Source of the DNA: Alphaproteobacteria bacterium
GTDB lineage: Bacteria; Pseudomonadota; Alphaproteobacteria; RS24
DNA: 36,460 nucleotides
Assembly: GCA_009920875.1 (NCBI GenBank)
Contig: RFZE01000001.1
Coordinates: 1 to 36,460 of the forward strand
Direction of reading: 5' to 3'
Shown: in pieces, positions 7,362-18,734 of the stretch
Layout: every line of letters begins with the position of its first letter
How positions within the stretch are numbered: the first letter of the stretch is position 1
The notes under the pieces: model-generated
Told to the model about the DNA's origin: nothing
What the model saw: the letters and a program-made list of their open reading frames with translations, nothing else
The model's database searches: none
Position numbers and translations under genes: made by a program

Positions 7362-8632
7362 CGCATATAAAATTCACCGCCGGGCTTAAAGCCTATGCGG
7401 TCGGTCTTCTCACCCTGATTTACACGGCCAATTATGTTGACCGGCAAATTGTTGCTATTTTACTGCAAGCCATCAAAACCGATTTGCAACTGAGCGACAC
7501 GCAGCTCGGCATGCTCACGGGCCTCGCTTTCGGTATTTTTTATGCCACTTTGGGCATTCCCATCGCTTATTTGGCCGACCGCATGTCGCGCAAGAAAATC
7601 ATTATCGCCTCTTTGACGCTGTTTTCTGTAATGACCTATGCCTGCGGGCTGGCGCAAAACTATGTGCAACTTCTGCTCGCGCGCATCGGCGTCGGTGTTG
7701 GCGAGGCCGGCACCAGCCCGCCATCGCACGCCATGATTGCCGATATGTATTCCCCTTCTGACCGCGCAACCCCGTTGGCGGTTTTTGCCCTCGGCATAAA
7801 TTTGGGCCTGTTTGTCGCCTTTATCGCCGGTGGCTGGATTGCCGATAATTACGGTTGGCGCACGGCGATTCAGGTGATTGCCCTGCCCGGCTTTGTGTTG
7901 GCTCTTATTGCTTGGTTTACCCTGCAAGACCCGCCGCGCGGCATGAGTGATGAGACGACCGGTGAGAGTCAAGCGCCGCCGGTTATGGAAACGGTAAAAC
8001 ATATGTGGCAAACGCCGTCCATGCGGCAACTGCTTATCGGCTCAACGCTTATCATTATTGTCGGTTATGGCGCCGTGGCTTGGCTGCCAAGCTATTTCAT
8101 TCGCGTGCATGGCATGACGGCGACGCAAGTCGGCACTGTTTTGGCACTGATGATTGGTTTTGGCGGCGCGATTGGCACCACTTTGGGGGGTGTTGTTGCT
8201 GACCGTCTCGGCAAGAAAGACGTGCGCTGGAATATGTGGCTGGTCGGCATTATCGGCCTTATTGTCGCGCCGTTTTCCGTTATGGGCTATCTTGCAGGCA
8301 GCAGTCAGTCGGCGCTTTTATGGCTGATTGTCCCGACCATGACGGGGGCGCTGTATTTCGGCCCGACTTTGGCCATGCTGCACACGCTGGTTAAACCGGA
8401 AATGCGCTCATTGGCTTCCGCCATTATGCTGTTCATCAATAATATTTTCGGCCTCGGCATCGGGCCGCTCAGTGTCGGCATGATGAGCGACGCTTTGGCG
8501 CCGGAATATGGCGTGCGAAGCCTTGGAATTGCTCTGGCGCTTATGGTGATTATCGGCCTTTGGGGCAGCATTCACTATTTGCTCGCCGGTCGCTCATTGG
8601 CGCGCGATATTGACGCCATGCAAACCGCCTGA
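7358..8632 (+). CDS. MFS transporter (Spinster-like)
   Basis: NYVDRQI, LADRMSRK motif A, ARIGVGVGEAG; about 12 hydrophobic segments. Confidence 0.9.
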   Translation: MTHIKFTAGLKAYAVGLLTLIYTANYVDRQIVAILLQAIKTDLQLSDTQLGMLTGLAFGIFYATLGIPIAYLADRMSRKKIIIASLTLFSVMTYACGLAQNYVQLLLARIGVGVGEAGTSPPSHAMIADMYSPSDRATPLAVFALGINLGLFVAFIAGGWIADNYGWRTAIQVIALPGFVLALIAWFTLQDPPRGMSDETTGESQAPPVMETVKHMWQTPSMRQLLIGSTLIIIVGYGAVAWLPSYFIRVHGMTATQVGTVLALMIGFGGAIGTTLGGVVADRLGKKDVRWNMWLVGIIGLIVAPFSVMGYLAGSSQSALLWLIVPTMTGALYFGPTLAMLHTLVKPEMRSLASAIMLFINNIFGLGIGPLSVGMMSDALAPEYGVRSLGIALALMVIIGLWGSIHYLLAGRSLARDIDAMQTA

Positions 8633-8665
8633 CATTTTAAGCGCCGAATTTGGCGTAGAGGCACC

Positions 8666-9502
8666 ATGCACAAAACCTTGCTCATGTTTCTGGCTTTCTC
8701 GGCTACCGCTATGCCGGCTATGGCGACCTATGCGGCGCGCTATTTCGAGGCCGAATATCGCCTTTATGTCAGCGGCTTATTGATTGGCAAAGCCAATGTG
8801 CGGCTGGCTATTTCGCCCGATAATTATCTATTGAGCGCTCATATTCGCCCGGCCGGTTTCGGGCGCATTGCCGGACAAAGCCATGTCGTTTCCACCACGC
8901 GCGGCACTTTGCGCGATGGAAACTTGATGCCGCAACGCCTCGACCTGAGTTGGACCTCGGAAGACACGATTAAATCGAGCTATATGGATTATATTGACGG
9001 TGCGCCGCATAAATTCGTTTCCGGCTACGCCCAACCCGAAGAATTTCGTTCCAAAAACCCGATTGCCATTGAAAATGTCGGGGTCGGCAGTGTTGACCCG
9101 TTTTTGGGTCTACTCTCGCCGTTAAACGGACGGCCTTTGCGCGCCGCCTGCGACGGCACAAAACGGATATTTGACGGCCGAAGGCTGGCCACGCTGACCG
9201 CTCAAGATGCACAGTTTGTGCCGCCTTTCGAGCATGATTTTCCGCAGCGTCGCCCTGCCGTCAAATGCAGTATTTTATGGCAACCCGTAGCCGGATATTC
9301 CGAAGCCAGCCTTGAGCGCGCCGCCGAGTTTCCGCCGGTAAGTGCGCATTTCGGTCAAATCGGCAATATTGGCTTTGCTGCACCCTTGGATATGCGCGGT
9401 AAATCACGCTATGGCCGCGTCACCATCTACGCCGTGCGCTATTTTACCGAAACAATGACGCCGTTTTCGCCTTTCGACATTCGAGAAATCACCGCGCAAT
9501 AA
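8666..9502 (+). CDS. Exported protein, DUF3108-like
   Basis: N-terminal signal peptide; Y-L-V-G--IG start, VDP and IFDGRR motifs, paired Cys. Confidence 0.7.
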   Translation: MHKTLLMFLAFSATAMPAMATYAARYFEAEYRLYVSGLLIGKANVRLAISPDNYLLSAHIRPAGFGRIAGQSHVVSTTRGTLRDGNLMPQRLDLSWTSEDTIKSSYMDYIDGAPHKFVSGYAQPEEFRSKNPIAIENVGVGSVDPFLGLLSPLNGRPLRAACDGTKRIFDGRRLATLTAQDAQFVPPFEHDFPQRRPAVKCSILWQPVAGYSEASLERAAEFPPVSAHFGQIGNIGFAAPLDMRGKSRYGRVTIYAVRYFTETMTPFSPFDIREITAQ

Positions 9503-9690
9503 AGCCTGAGAGCGCCACTTTCCGGGCTAAACGGGCACAATATGTCGCACTGTCATAATTATTTGATTTTTTATTCGCCCTTATCGGTCGGCGCTCTAAA
9601 TAACGCAATGAAGCTTAGCGTCCAATCCAAGCGCCTAATCGATTGAGACGGCTTATCCGCTTCGGCGCGCTTTCAAATATGGAGGCGAAT

Positions 9691-9924
9691 ATGCAGACCG
9701 GAACTGTAAAATGGTTCAATTCGGCCAAAGGATATGGCTTTATCACCCCTGATGCGGGCGGTGATGATTGCTTTGTTCATGTAACGGCTATTCAGGCATC
9801 AGGCCTGAAGCAACTTATTGAAGACCAGCGGGTGGAATTTGACATGCAAGAAGGCCGGAATGGCCGCATGGTTGCCTGCGATATATCAATTTTGGAAGGC
9901 AGCAGCGAAGCTGCAGCCGAGTAA
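9691..9924 (+). CDS. Cold-shock domain protein (CspA family)
   Basis: GTVKWFN, KGYGFI (RNP1), FVH (RNP2); start ATG 9691 behind GGAGG. Confidence 0.93.
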   Translation: MQTGTVKWFNSAKGYGFITPDAGGDDCFVHVTAIQASGLKQLIEDQRVEFDMQEGRNGRMVACDISILEGSSEAAAE

Positions 9925-9980
9925 TATCTTCTTGCACATAGCGCCCTTTTGTCCGAGTTTAGGGCAAAAGGAGCTCGACT

Positions 9981-10235
9981 TTGGCAAAGATAGAAATTTA
10001 CACGACATCAATCTGTCCCTTTTGTCATGCAGCAAAAAAATTGCTGACTGACAAGGGGGCGGATTTCTTGGAAATTAGCCTGACGCAGGAACCGCATTTG
10101 CGCGACCGCATGGTTGAACGCGCCAATGGCGGACGCACCGTGCCGCAAATTTTCATCAATGACGCGCATATTGGCGGTTGCGACGATCTTTACGCGCTCG
10201 ACTCCAAAGGCGAACTCGATCCGCTTCTGGGCTGA
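9981..10235 (+). CDS. grxC: Glutaredoxin 3
   Basis: CPFC active site, TVPQIFI, IGGCDDL; TTG start behind AAGGAG. Confidence 0.93.
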   Translation: MAKIEIYTTSICPFCHAAKKLLTDKGADFLEISLTQEPHLRDRMVERANGGRTVPQIFINDAHIGGCDDLYALDSKGELDPLLG

Positions 10236-10237
10236 AC

Positions 10238-11716
10238 CTATAAGCCTGACATCATTCTGAAATAAAAGCGCACCGTGTCATTCAATGTGGCAACGCTGAT
10301 GCGTTCATTTGTGCCGTGAATACTGGCCAAATCACTTGGCGCTAACTGCATATAGGTAAAGCGATAATGATTGGGCGTCAGCTTACGATAGTGGCGCGTA
10401 TCGGTTGCCGCCACCAGCAGGCGCGGCGTCACGATAAGCCGTTGCGGTGCGGCCGTGTCGCGAATGGCCGATGTTAAATGCTGCCAGCCCGGCCCTTCTG
10501 TCGGGCTGACCGGCGACGGCGACATACCCCTCTGGCCTGAACCGTCAAATGTTACGTCAACCCGCGCATCATCAATAACCTCAATCACACGCGCGCGCAC
10601 CGTATCCGGCGTTTCACCGGGCAGGATACGAAAATTGACCTTGGCCGTCGCATCAATCGGCAGCACATTGGCTTTAATGCCGCCTTTAATCATGGTGGCA
10701 GCGGTGGTTGTGCGCATAGCTGCCTGCGCTTGCTTGTCGCCCTCAAAAGCCCCCATGACCAATGGCTTAAACAGCCAAAGATTTTTCATCACCAATCGAT
10801 TGGCAAATGGCATGTCATCGGCGACGGCCTCCAAAAAACTTTGCGTATGGCTGAAATCGCGCGGAAATTGGTCAGCTTCAAGAGCTGCAATGGCGGCAGC
10901 CAAAACCCCGATGGAGGTCTGCTCCGGCGGCATGGAAGAATGACCGCCCTCGCCAACAACTTTCAATTGCAAAGTGACAATGCCTTTTTCAGCCGGCGCA
11001 ATAAGCGCCATCGGCGCATCAATGCCGGGCACCACGCCTTGCGTCACCAAACCGCCTTCATCGACCAAAAACTCCGCCTGCACACCGCGCTTCACCAGCA
11101 CATCAGCCATCACTTTTGCGCCGTCAATGCCGCCCTGTTCTTCGTCATGACCGAAAGCTAAATAAATCGTCCGCTTGGGCTGCAAGCCTTGCTGCAACAT
11201 GTTTTCGGCGGCCTCCAATAGACCGATAATATTCACTTTATTGTCGAGCGTGCCGCGTCCCCAAATAAAGCCGTCAGCCACAACACCATCAAAGGGTGGA
11301 TGCTTCCATTTTGTTTCCGTCCCCGGCACGACAGGCACAACATCCGTATGCCCCAGCAAAATGACCGGTTTATTATCATCGCTGACCGGTTCACGGCCTT
11401 GCCAAGTATAGAGCAATGAATAATCGGCAATGATTTCGCGTTTCAATGCTTTATGCACCAGCGGAAATTCTTGCTCGATATAATCGTGATAGGCCAGTAA
11501 TTCTTGCGTCGAAGTCGGCTTGTCGCGTCCGAATGAAATGGTTTTAAAACGCACGGATTCGCTCATTAATCGCGTGACGCGGTCGCTATCGGGACGAAAC
11601 TCAAATGCCTCACCGACGCTTTGGTCGGCGGCCGGTGTAAAGGTTCGGGCGAGTAAAACCGCCAGCAGCAGAACCAATGCCGCAGCAATGGCAGGCAGAA
11701 TTTTTGTCTTAAACAT
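10238..11716 (-). CDS. M20 family metallopeptidase/amidohydrolase (PM20D1/carboxypeptidase S-like), N-terminally anchored
   Basis: LLGHTDVVP, WGRGTLDNK, GHDEE, DEGG, GGHSS, IHGTNER; hydrophobic N-terminus. Confidence 0.9.
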   Translation of the reverse strand: MFKTKILPAIAAALVLLLAVLLARTFTPAADQSVGEAFEFRPDSDRVTRLMSESVRFKTISFGRDKPTSTQELLAYHDYIEQEFPLVHKALKREIIADYSLLYTWQGREPVSDDNKPVILLGHTDVVPVVPGTETKWKHPPFDGVVADGFIWGRGTLDNKVNIIGLLEAAENMLQQGLQPKRTIYLAFGHDEEQGGIDGAKVMADVLVKRGVQAEFLVDEGGLVTQGVVPGIDAPMALIAPAEKGIVTLQLKVVGEGGHSSMPPEQTSIGVLAAAIAALEADQFPRDFSHTQSFLEAVADDMPFANRLVMKNLWLFKPLVMGAFEGDKQAQAAMRTTTAATMIKGGIKANVLPIDATAKVNFRILPGETPDTVRARVIEVIDDARVDVTFDGSGQRGMSPSPVSPTEGPGWQHLTSAIRDTAAPQRLIVTPRLLVAATDTRHYRKLTPNHYRFTYMQLAPSDLASIHGTNERISVATLNDTVRFYFRMMSGL

Positions 11717-11725
11717 TTTTATCCC

Positions 11726-12850
11726 CTATTTCGGCAAATCCGCCATTGGCTGGCGTTCCATCGCTAGAATGATGCCCAAACCGACCATAAAAGCCAGCAG
11801 AGACGTCCCCCCGTAGGAAATAAAGGGTAGCGGCACACCAACCACCGGCGCAAGCCCCATAACCATGGCCAGATTAACGATGACGTAAATCGACAAGGCA
11901 AATGCAAATCCGGAAATGGTCAGTTGGGAGAAGCGGTGCCGCATTTGCGACGCAATGTTGAACATCAAGAAAATGAGAACGGCAAACAGGAATATCAATA
12001 AAAGCGAACCGACAAAACCCAGCTCTTCGGCATAAATGGCAAAAACAAAATCCGTGTGACGTTCAGGCAAGAATTTAAGCTGGCTCTGTGTGCCTTGCGC
12101 CAGCCCCTTACCGAAAAAGCCCCCCGAACCAATGCCGATTTTCGACTGGATAATGTGATACCCGGCACCAAGCGGGTCGCGTTCAGGATCGAGAAATACC
12201 AAGACCCGCTCTTTTTGATACTCGAAGAGATAATTCCAGACCACCGGCACGGCAGCAATGGCCAAGGCAATGCCGGCAATAAAAAAGCGCATCGACACAC
12301 CGGCCAGAAACACCACCCCGAGGCCACTAATGGCCAGCATTAACGCAGTGCCCAAATCCGGCTGCGCGAATACCAATAAGGCGGGCAAGCCAATCAAGGC
12401 TATCGGTGCAAGCAGCCCTGTCGGTCGCGAAACATCATCGCGATGCAGTGTGTGATAATAACGCGCCAGCGCCATTATCAAGGCGAAGCGCATAAATTCA
12501 GACGGCTGCAGGGTAACAAACCCCAAATCAAGCCAACGTTGCGCGCCCATACCGGTATCACCGAAAATTTCGACGGCAATAAGCAAGATGAATATCCCTG
12601 CATAAATTGGATAGGCAAAATTGAAAATGGTGCGTAAATCCAGATTGGCGATGACATACATCAGTATCAAACCGAGTGCCAATCGTGTGGCGTGACGCCA
12701 AGCCCAGGGCGAGAAATCGCCGCCTGCAACAGAATAAAGCACCATCACACCAATCAGCCCAAGAATGAGCGTCATCGAAATCATGGGCATATTCAGCGTT
12801 CCAATGCTGACCAATTGCCCCATGCGTCCGCTGCGCGACTGATAGCTCAT
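11726..12850 (-). CDS. rodA: Rod shape-determining protein RodA
   Basis: GAQRWL, QPSEF, QPDLGTA, LPERHTDF, PFISYGG; follows PBP2. Confidence 0.96.
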   Translation of the reverse strand: MSYQSRSGRMGQLVSIGTLNMPMISMTLILGLIGVMVLYSVAGGDFSPWAWRHATRLALGLILMYVIANLDLRTIFNFAYPIYAGIFILLIAVEIFGDTGMGAQRWLDLGFVTLQPSEFMRFALIMALARYYHTLHRDDVSRPTGLLAPIALIGLPALLVFAQPDLGTALMLAISGLGVVFLAGVSMRFFIAGIALAIAAVPVVWNYLFEYQKERVLVFLDPERDPLGAGYHIIQSKIGIGSGGFFGKGLAQGTQSQLKFLPERHTDFVFAIYAEELGFVGSLLLIFLFAVLIFLMFNIASQMRHRFSQLTISGFAFALSIYVIVNLAMVMGLAPVVGVPLPFISYGGTSLLAFMVGLGIILAMERQPMADLPK

Positions 12851-14694
12851 GAGTTCATCCCCGGCTTATCTTGCATCACCAGCTTCGGCGCCTTGGTTAT
12901 TGCCTTGTTATTCATAAGCTGCACCATAATATCGCGCGCAATTGGCGCAGCAACCTGCGCGCCACCGCCGCCATGCTCAATCACCACACTTACCGCAAAG
13001 CGCGGATTATTATGCGGCACATAGCCGACAAAAAGCGAATGGTCGCGCAAGTGCCAATCAAGTTTCGAATTGGGAATAACCCCGTTTAAGCGTTCATCTT
13101 TGGAGATACGCCGCACTTGCACGGTTCCGGTTTTGCCCGACATGCGCGCGCCGTCAATCAACAAACTTGAGGCATAGGCCGTGCCATCAGGCCGATTGAC
13201 CGAGCGATACATGCCGCGCTGCACGACGGCCATATTTTCAGGCTTCAAGCCCAATTCTGCAACCGGCTCAACTGCATCACCGGCCTTTGTAATACGCGGC
13301 TTAACCAGCTTGCCGCCATTCGCCAAAGCTGCCGTCATAACCGCCAATTGCAATGGCGTGGCCAGCAAATAGCCCTGACCGATGGCGGTGATAATGGTCT
13401 CCCCCGTGCGCCAGCCAGTATCGTAATTGGCGCGCTTCCAATCGCGACCGGGCACGGTTCCGCTTTTTTCGCCGTCGAGATTAATACCGGTCAGCTTGCC
13501 AAAGCCAAAACGTTGCGCCATCGCCTCAATACGGTCAATGCCGACACGCAGGGCCAAATCATAAAAATAAGTGTCGCAAGAGCGCTCCAAAGCATCGACC
13601 ATATTGACCGGCCCGTGTCCATCGGCAGCCCAACAATGAAACTCCTCACGCGCAAATTTATAAACGCCGCTGCAACTGATTTTTTCTTCCGGATCAATCA
13701 GCTTTTCTTCCAGCGCGGCAAGCGCCACGAGCATTTTGAATGTCGAGCCCGGCGCATAAAGACCGCGAATCGCTTTATTGACCAACGGCTTGCGCTCATG
13801 GTCGATGAGCCGCTCCCATTCTTCGACTTCAATACCGCGCGATAGCTTATTCAAGTCAAAACTGGGAGACGACACCATGGCGACCATCTCACCATTATGG
13901 ATATCCATTACCATGGCCGAGCCACTATGACCGTTGAGCCTTTGGGCGGCAAAATTTTGCAAATCCAAATCAATGGACAGCGCCAAATCGCGCCCTTTTT
14001 CACCCGGCTCGGATTGCAATTCACGCACTGTGCGCCCAATCGCATTTACCTCGACATGGCGCACCCCCGGCGTGCCGCGCAAATCGCGCTCAAAATCGCG
14101 CTCAATGCCGCTGCGGCCAACATAATCGCCGACAATATCATCAACCCGCTGCAGGTCTTCGCGGGTTTTTGTGCCAACAAAGCCAACCAAATGGGCCACC
14201 GATTGAGCATGCGGATAAATACGCTTCTGCCCGACCAAAGGTTCAACACCTGAAAGATATGGCAGATTAAGATTGAGCCGCGCAAACTCATCCCATGACA
14301 AATCTTCCAAAATCACAATTGGTTTGAATGAGGGCTGGCGGCGAATTTTACTGCGAATATCATGAAGCTCTGACCGGCTGAGTTTAAGCAAGCGCGTCAG
14401 GTCATTTAGCGTCGCATCCATATTGGCGACCCGCTCCGGCACCATTCGGATTTGCAGATTGCGGTCATTACCGGCCAGCAATTCGCCAAAGCGGTCTGTA
14501 ATCCGACCGCGCACCGCCGATATTTGCGAGATATTGACCCGATTGGCTTCTGCCAATGTAGCATAGACATCTGACCGTGCCACTTGCAAAAATTGTAAGC
14601 GCCCCGCAAGCACAAGAAACAAACCGCCCTGCAGACCACCCAGCAATACCAAGCGCCGCGAAAAATCCTGACCTTCAGTGTCATAAATCGACAT
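12847..14694 (-). CDS. mrdA: Penicillin-binding protein 2
   Basis: PGSTFK (SxxK), SCD (SxN/D), KTGT; RGRITDR dimerisation motif; operon position. Confidence 0.96.
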   Translation of the reverse strand: MSIYDTEGQDFSRRLVLLGGLQGGLFLVLAGRLQFLQVARSDVYATLAEANRVNISQISAVRGRITDRFGELLAGNDRNLQIRMVPERVANMDATLNDLTRLLKLSRSELHDIRSKIRRQPSFKPIVILEDLSWDEFARLNLNLPYLSGVEPLVGQKRIYPHAQSVAHLVGFVGTKTREDLQRVDDIVGDYVGRSGIERDFERDLRGTPGVRHVEVNAIGRTVRELQSEPGEKGRDLALSIDLDLQNFAAQRLNGHSGSAMVMDIHNGEMVAMVSSPSFDLNKLSRGIEVEEWERLIDHERKPLVNKAIRGLYAPGSTFKMLVALAALEEKLIDPEEKISCSGVYKFAREEFHCWAADGHGPVNMVDALERSCDTYFYDLALRVGIDRIEAMAQRFGFGKLTGINLDGEKSGTVPGRDWKRANYDTGWRTGETIITAIGQGYLLATPLQLAVMTAALANGGKLVKPRITKAGDAVEPVAELGLKPENMAVVQRGMYRSVNRPDGTAYASSLLIDGARMSGKTGTVQVRRISKDERLNGVIPNSKLDWHLRDHSLFVGYVPHNNPRFAVSVVIEHGGGGAQVAAPIARDIMVQLMNNKAITKAPKLVMQDKPGMNS

Positions 14695-15209
14695 CAGTTT
14701 CGCTCCGCACCGGTTAAGGCATCACTGAAGAAGTAAAGTGGAAAATAAATCACCGGGAAAAACAAGATGCAGATGAAGCACGAAAGCACGAAAGGGATAA
14801 TTGTGAGATGCAAATCATCAGACAGAGCGGCCAGCAAATAGGCCGCCAAATAAGTCATCATAATTAACACGCCGAAGGTTATCCAATAGGAGCCGAAGCT
14901 ACCTGTCGATATGATGGCGCGTTGGCTGACGCATAAAAGATAGAAAACAACAAAAAGCGACGACCAAAAGCCGAGCGGCATTTCACTGAGAATATCGTTC
15001 AGAAAACCAAAAAGCGCGACGAATACCGGCGTCGCATCGCTCTCAGCCGTCAGACCAATAAAAAAAAGCGGAATGAAATAAAGACCGAGCTCAAGCTGCG
15101 CCAAGGCCTTCACATTTGACGGCATGCTGTTGAGCAAAACGAACAATAAAAGCAAGAGATAAGGCAGAAAAGTGCTGCCGCCTTCGCTTGGGTTTTTGAG
15201 GCCGTTCAT
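14694..15209 (-). CDS. mreD: Rod shape-determining protein MreD
   Basis: 171 aa polytopic membrane protein, GFLNDILS-PLG motif, between mreC and mrdA. Confidence 0.8.
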   Translation of the reverse strand: MNGLKNPSEGGSTFLPYLLLLLFVLLNSMPSNVKALAQLELGLYFIPLFFIGLTAESDATPVFVALFGFLNDILSEMPLGFWSSLFVVFYLLCVSQRAIISTGSFGSYWITFGVLIMMTYLAAYLLAALSDDLHLTIIPFVLSCFICILFFPVIYFPLYFFSDALTGAERN

Positions 15210-16072
15210 TGCGCCAAACTCGGCGCCGGTTGAATTTCGCTTGGCGGGTCTTCCGTCGGCTGTGCCATGACAACGCGAATAAAATTGAGGCTCTGCAAAT
15301 CATCGAGCAATCGAACCGTCAATTCGCCTTGGTCATCGCGGCGCACCAAAGCGACCGGCAAGCCGACGGGAATTTGCCCGCCGCGCCCAGACGTCACCAA
15401 CAGATCGCCATCTTTCAGCTCGGCCTGACGCGGCAAGAACTGCAATTCCGGTTGTGGTCGATTGGTGCCGGACAAAATCGCTTGCACATCAGATGACAGC
15501 GCCACCACCGGAATATGGCTGTTAAAATCGGTGAGCAATAAAATGCGCGATGAATTACGGCCACTGGAAATAACCCGCCCGACCAGGCCGTTAAGCCCCA
15601 TAACCGCCTGCCCCGCAGTAATGCCACGATCGCGTCCGCCCTTGGCGACCAATGTGTGAACAAACGGACTGTTTAAATCAGCAATCACCCGTGCATTGAC
15701 CATTTCAAAGCCCGGCTCTTCAGGCAGATTGAGCAGATTGCGATATTGGTTCATCAGCAATTCAGCACGCGTTAACTCTTCAACACGCAACCGTAACTCG
15801 ATATTTTGCCGTTCCAATTCGCGATTACGATTTCTCACCGTATTGAGATCGTCGAGATAATCACCAACATTGGCAAGTGCGTCGGCGGGCTTACCGAACA
15901 GTTCGAGGGCCGGGGTGACAGCATCAAAAAACACCTGACGCACCGCAGAAACGCGCGGATCGTTTTGCGGAACAACAGCTAAAATGAGTGTCGTGGCAAC
16001 CAAACATAGGACGGCAATTCCGACGCCGCTAATCAGCCGGTTTTCACGTCCTCCTATGCCTGATTTGGCCAC
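15206..16072 (-). CDS. mreC: Rod shape-determining protein MreC
   Basis: TM anchor, coiled coil, GLVGRV, LLLTD, VTSG motifs. Confidence 0.93.
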   Translation of the reverse strand: MAKSGIGGRENRLISGVGIAVLCLVATTLILAVVPQNDPRVSAVRQVFFDAVTPALELFGKPADALANVGDYLDDLNTVRNRNRELERQNIELRLRVEELTRAELLMNQYRNLLNLPEEPGFEMVNARVIADLNSPFVHTLVAKGGRDRGITAGQAVMGLNGLVGRVISSGRNSSRILLLTDFNSHIPVVALSSDVQAILSGTNRPQPELQFLPRQAELKDGDLLVTSGRGGQIPVGLPVALVRRDDQGELTVRLLDDLQSLNFIRVVMAQPTEDPPSEIQPAPSLAQ

Positions 16073-16094
16073 TGAGCCCCTCTTCGGTTAACCT

Positions 16095-17165
<1,071 letters not shown>

Positions 17166-18734
17166 TTAAGCGGTCAGCGAGTCAGGCGCTTGTTTCTCAC
17201 GCTTTATCAGCAGTTTGTTTAACGCACTGACATAGGCACGCGCAGAAGCCACCATTGTGTCCGTGTCGGCAGCACGGCCGGTCACCGTCTTGCCTTTTTC
17301 TTCCAATCGCACACTGACTTCAGCTTGCGCGTCCGTGCCTTCGGTGACCGCGTGAACTTGATATAATTGCAAATTCGCTTCATGCGGAAACAGCGCGTTA
17401 ATGGCATTGAAAGTGGCATCAACCGGGCCGTCACCGGTGCTGTCAATTTCGGTTTCCTTGCCGTCAATTTCCAGCTTCAGCATGGCCTGTTGTGGCCCTT
17501 CTGAACCGGCAATAACGCGCAAGGAGACCAGCTTGACGCGGTCAGCCCCTTTGGCCACTTCATCATCGACCAAAGCGACAATGTCATCGTCAAACACATG
17601 CTTTTTGCGATCAGCCAGATCCTTGAAGCGGGTAAAGGCTTCTTGCAATTGATTATCGCCCAGCTCATAGCCCAGCGCTTTAATCTTCTCGCGGAACGCA
17701 TGACGACCCGAATGCTTGCCCATCACCAGCGAGGTCTGCGAAATACCGACACTTTCCGGCGTCATGATTTCGTAAGTCTGGTTGTTTTTCAGCATACCGT
17801 CTTGGTGAATACCGCTTTCATGGGCAAAGGCATTTTGCCCGACAATCGCTTTATTATATTGCACCGGAAACGCCGTGACCGATGATACCAGTTTGGAAGC
17901 GCGCGCCAAGCTTGTGGTTTCAATATTGGTCCATTGCGGCATGGCGTCATTGCGCACATTCAGCGCCATAACGATTTCTTCCAAAGCCGCATTACCGGCG
18001 CGTTCACCCAAGCCGTTAATCGTGCACTCAACTTGCCGCGCACCGGCCTGCACGCCGGACAAGGAATTGGCAACGGCCAGCCCCAAATCATTATGGCAAT
18101 GGGTTGAGATAATCGCCTTATCAATATTCGGCACGCGCTCGCGCAGCATGGTGATAATCTCGAAATATTCCTGCGGCACGGTATAGCCCACCGTATCGGG
18201 AATATTAATCGTGGTGGCACCGGCCTTAATGGCGGTTTCTACCGTGGCACATAAAAAATCGCGGTCGGTGCGGGTCGCATCTTCCGGCGACCATTCAACA
18301 TTTTCGACATGATTGCGCGCATGGCTGACAGAAAAAGCAATCGCTTCCATCACTTCATCAGGTTCCATTTGCAGCTTGTGCTTCATATGCACCGGGCTGG
18401 TAGAGATAAAGGTATGGATACGCGGGTTTTTTGCGTGCTTCACCGCATCGGCGGCGCGGTCAATGTCTTTTGCACCGGCCCGCGCCAAACCGCATACTTG
18501 CGCGTTTTTCATCAGCTTGGCGACTTCCGATACGCTTTCAAAATCGCCGTTTGAGGCAATCGGAAAACCGGCTTCGATAACGTCAACGCCCATTGCATCC
18601 AGCAATTCAGCGATTTGCAGCTTTTCTTCCAGCGTCATGGACGCGCCGGGCGACTGCTCGCCATCGCGCAATGTGGTATCGAAAATATAGACGCGGTCCT
18701 GTTCGGCGCCGCTTTGTTTGATTGAGTTGGTCAT
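17166..18734 (-). CDS. leuA: 2-isopropylmalate synthase
   Basis: DTTLRDGEQ, HCHNDLG, GERAGN, AHESGIHQDG; C-terminal regulatory domain GDGPVDA. Confidence 0.97.
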   Translation of the reverse strand: MTNSIKQSGAEQDRVYIFDTTLRDGEQSPGASMTLEEKLQIAELLDAMGVDVIEAGFPIASNGDFESVSEVAKLMKNAQVCGLARAGAKDIDRAADAVKHAKNPRIHTFISTSPVHMKHKLQMEPDEVMEAIAFSVSHARNHVENVEWSPEDATRTDRDFLCATVETAIKAGATTINIPDTVGYTVPQEYFEIITMLRERVPNIDKAIISTHCHNDLGLAVANSLSGVQAGARQVECTINGLGERAGNAALEEIVMALNVRNDAMPQWTNIETTSLARASKLVSSVTAFPVQYNKAIVGQNAFAHESGIHQDGMLKNNQTYEIMTPESVGISQTSLVMGKHSGRHAFREKIKALGYELGDNQLQEAFTRFKDLADRKKHVFDDDIVALVDDEVAKGADRVKLVSLRVIAGSEGPQQAMLKLEIDGKETEIDSTGDGPVDATFNAINALFPHEANLQLYQVHAVTEGTDAQAEVSVRLEEKGKTVTGRAADTDTMVASARAYVSALNKLLIKREKQAPDSLTA

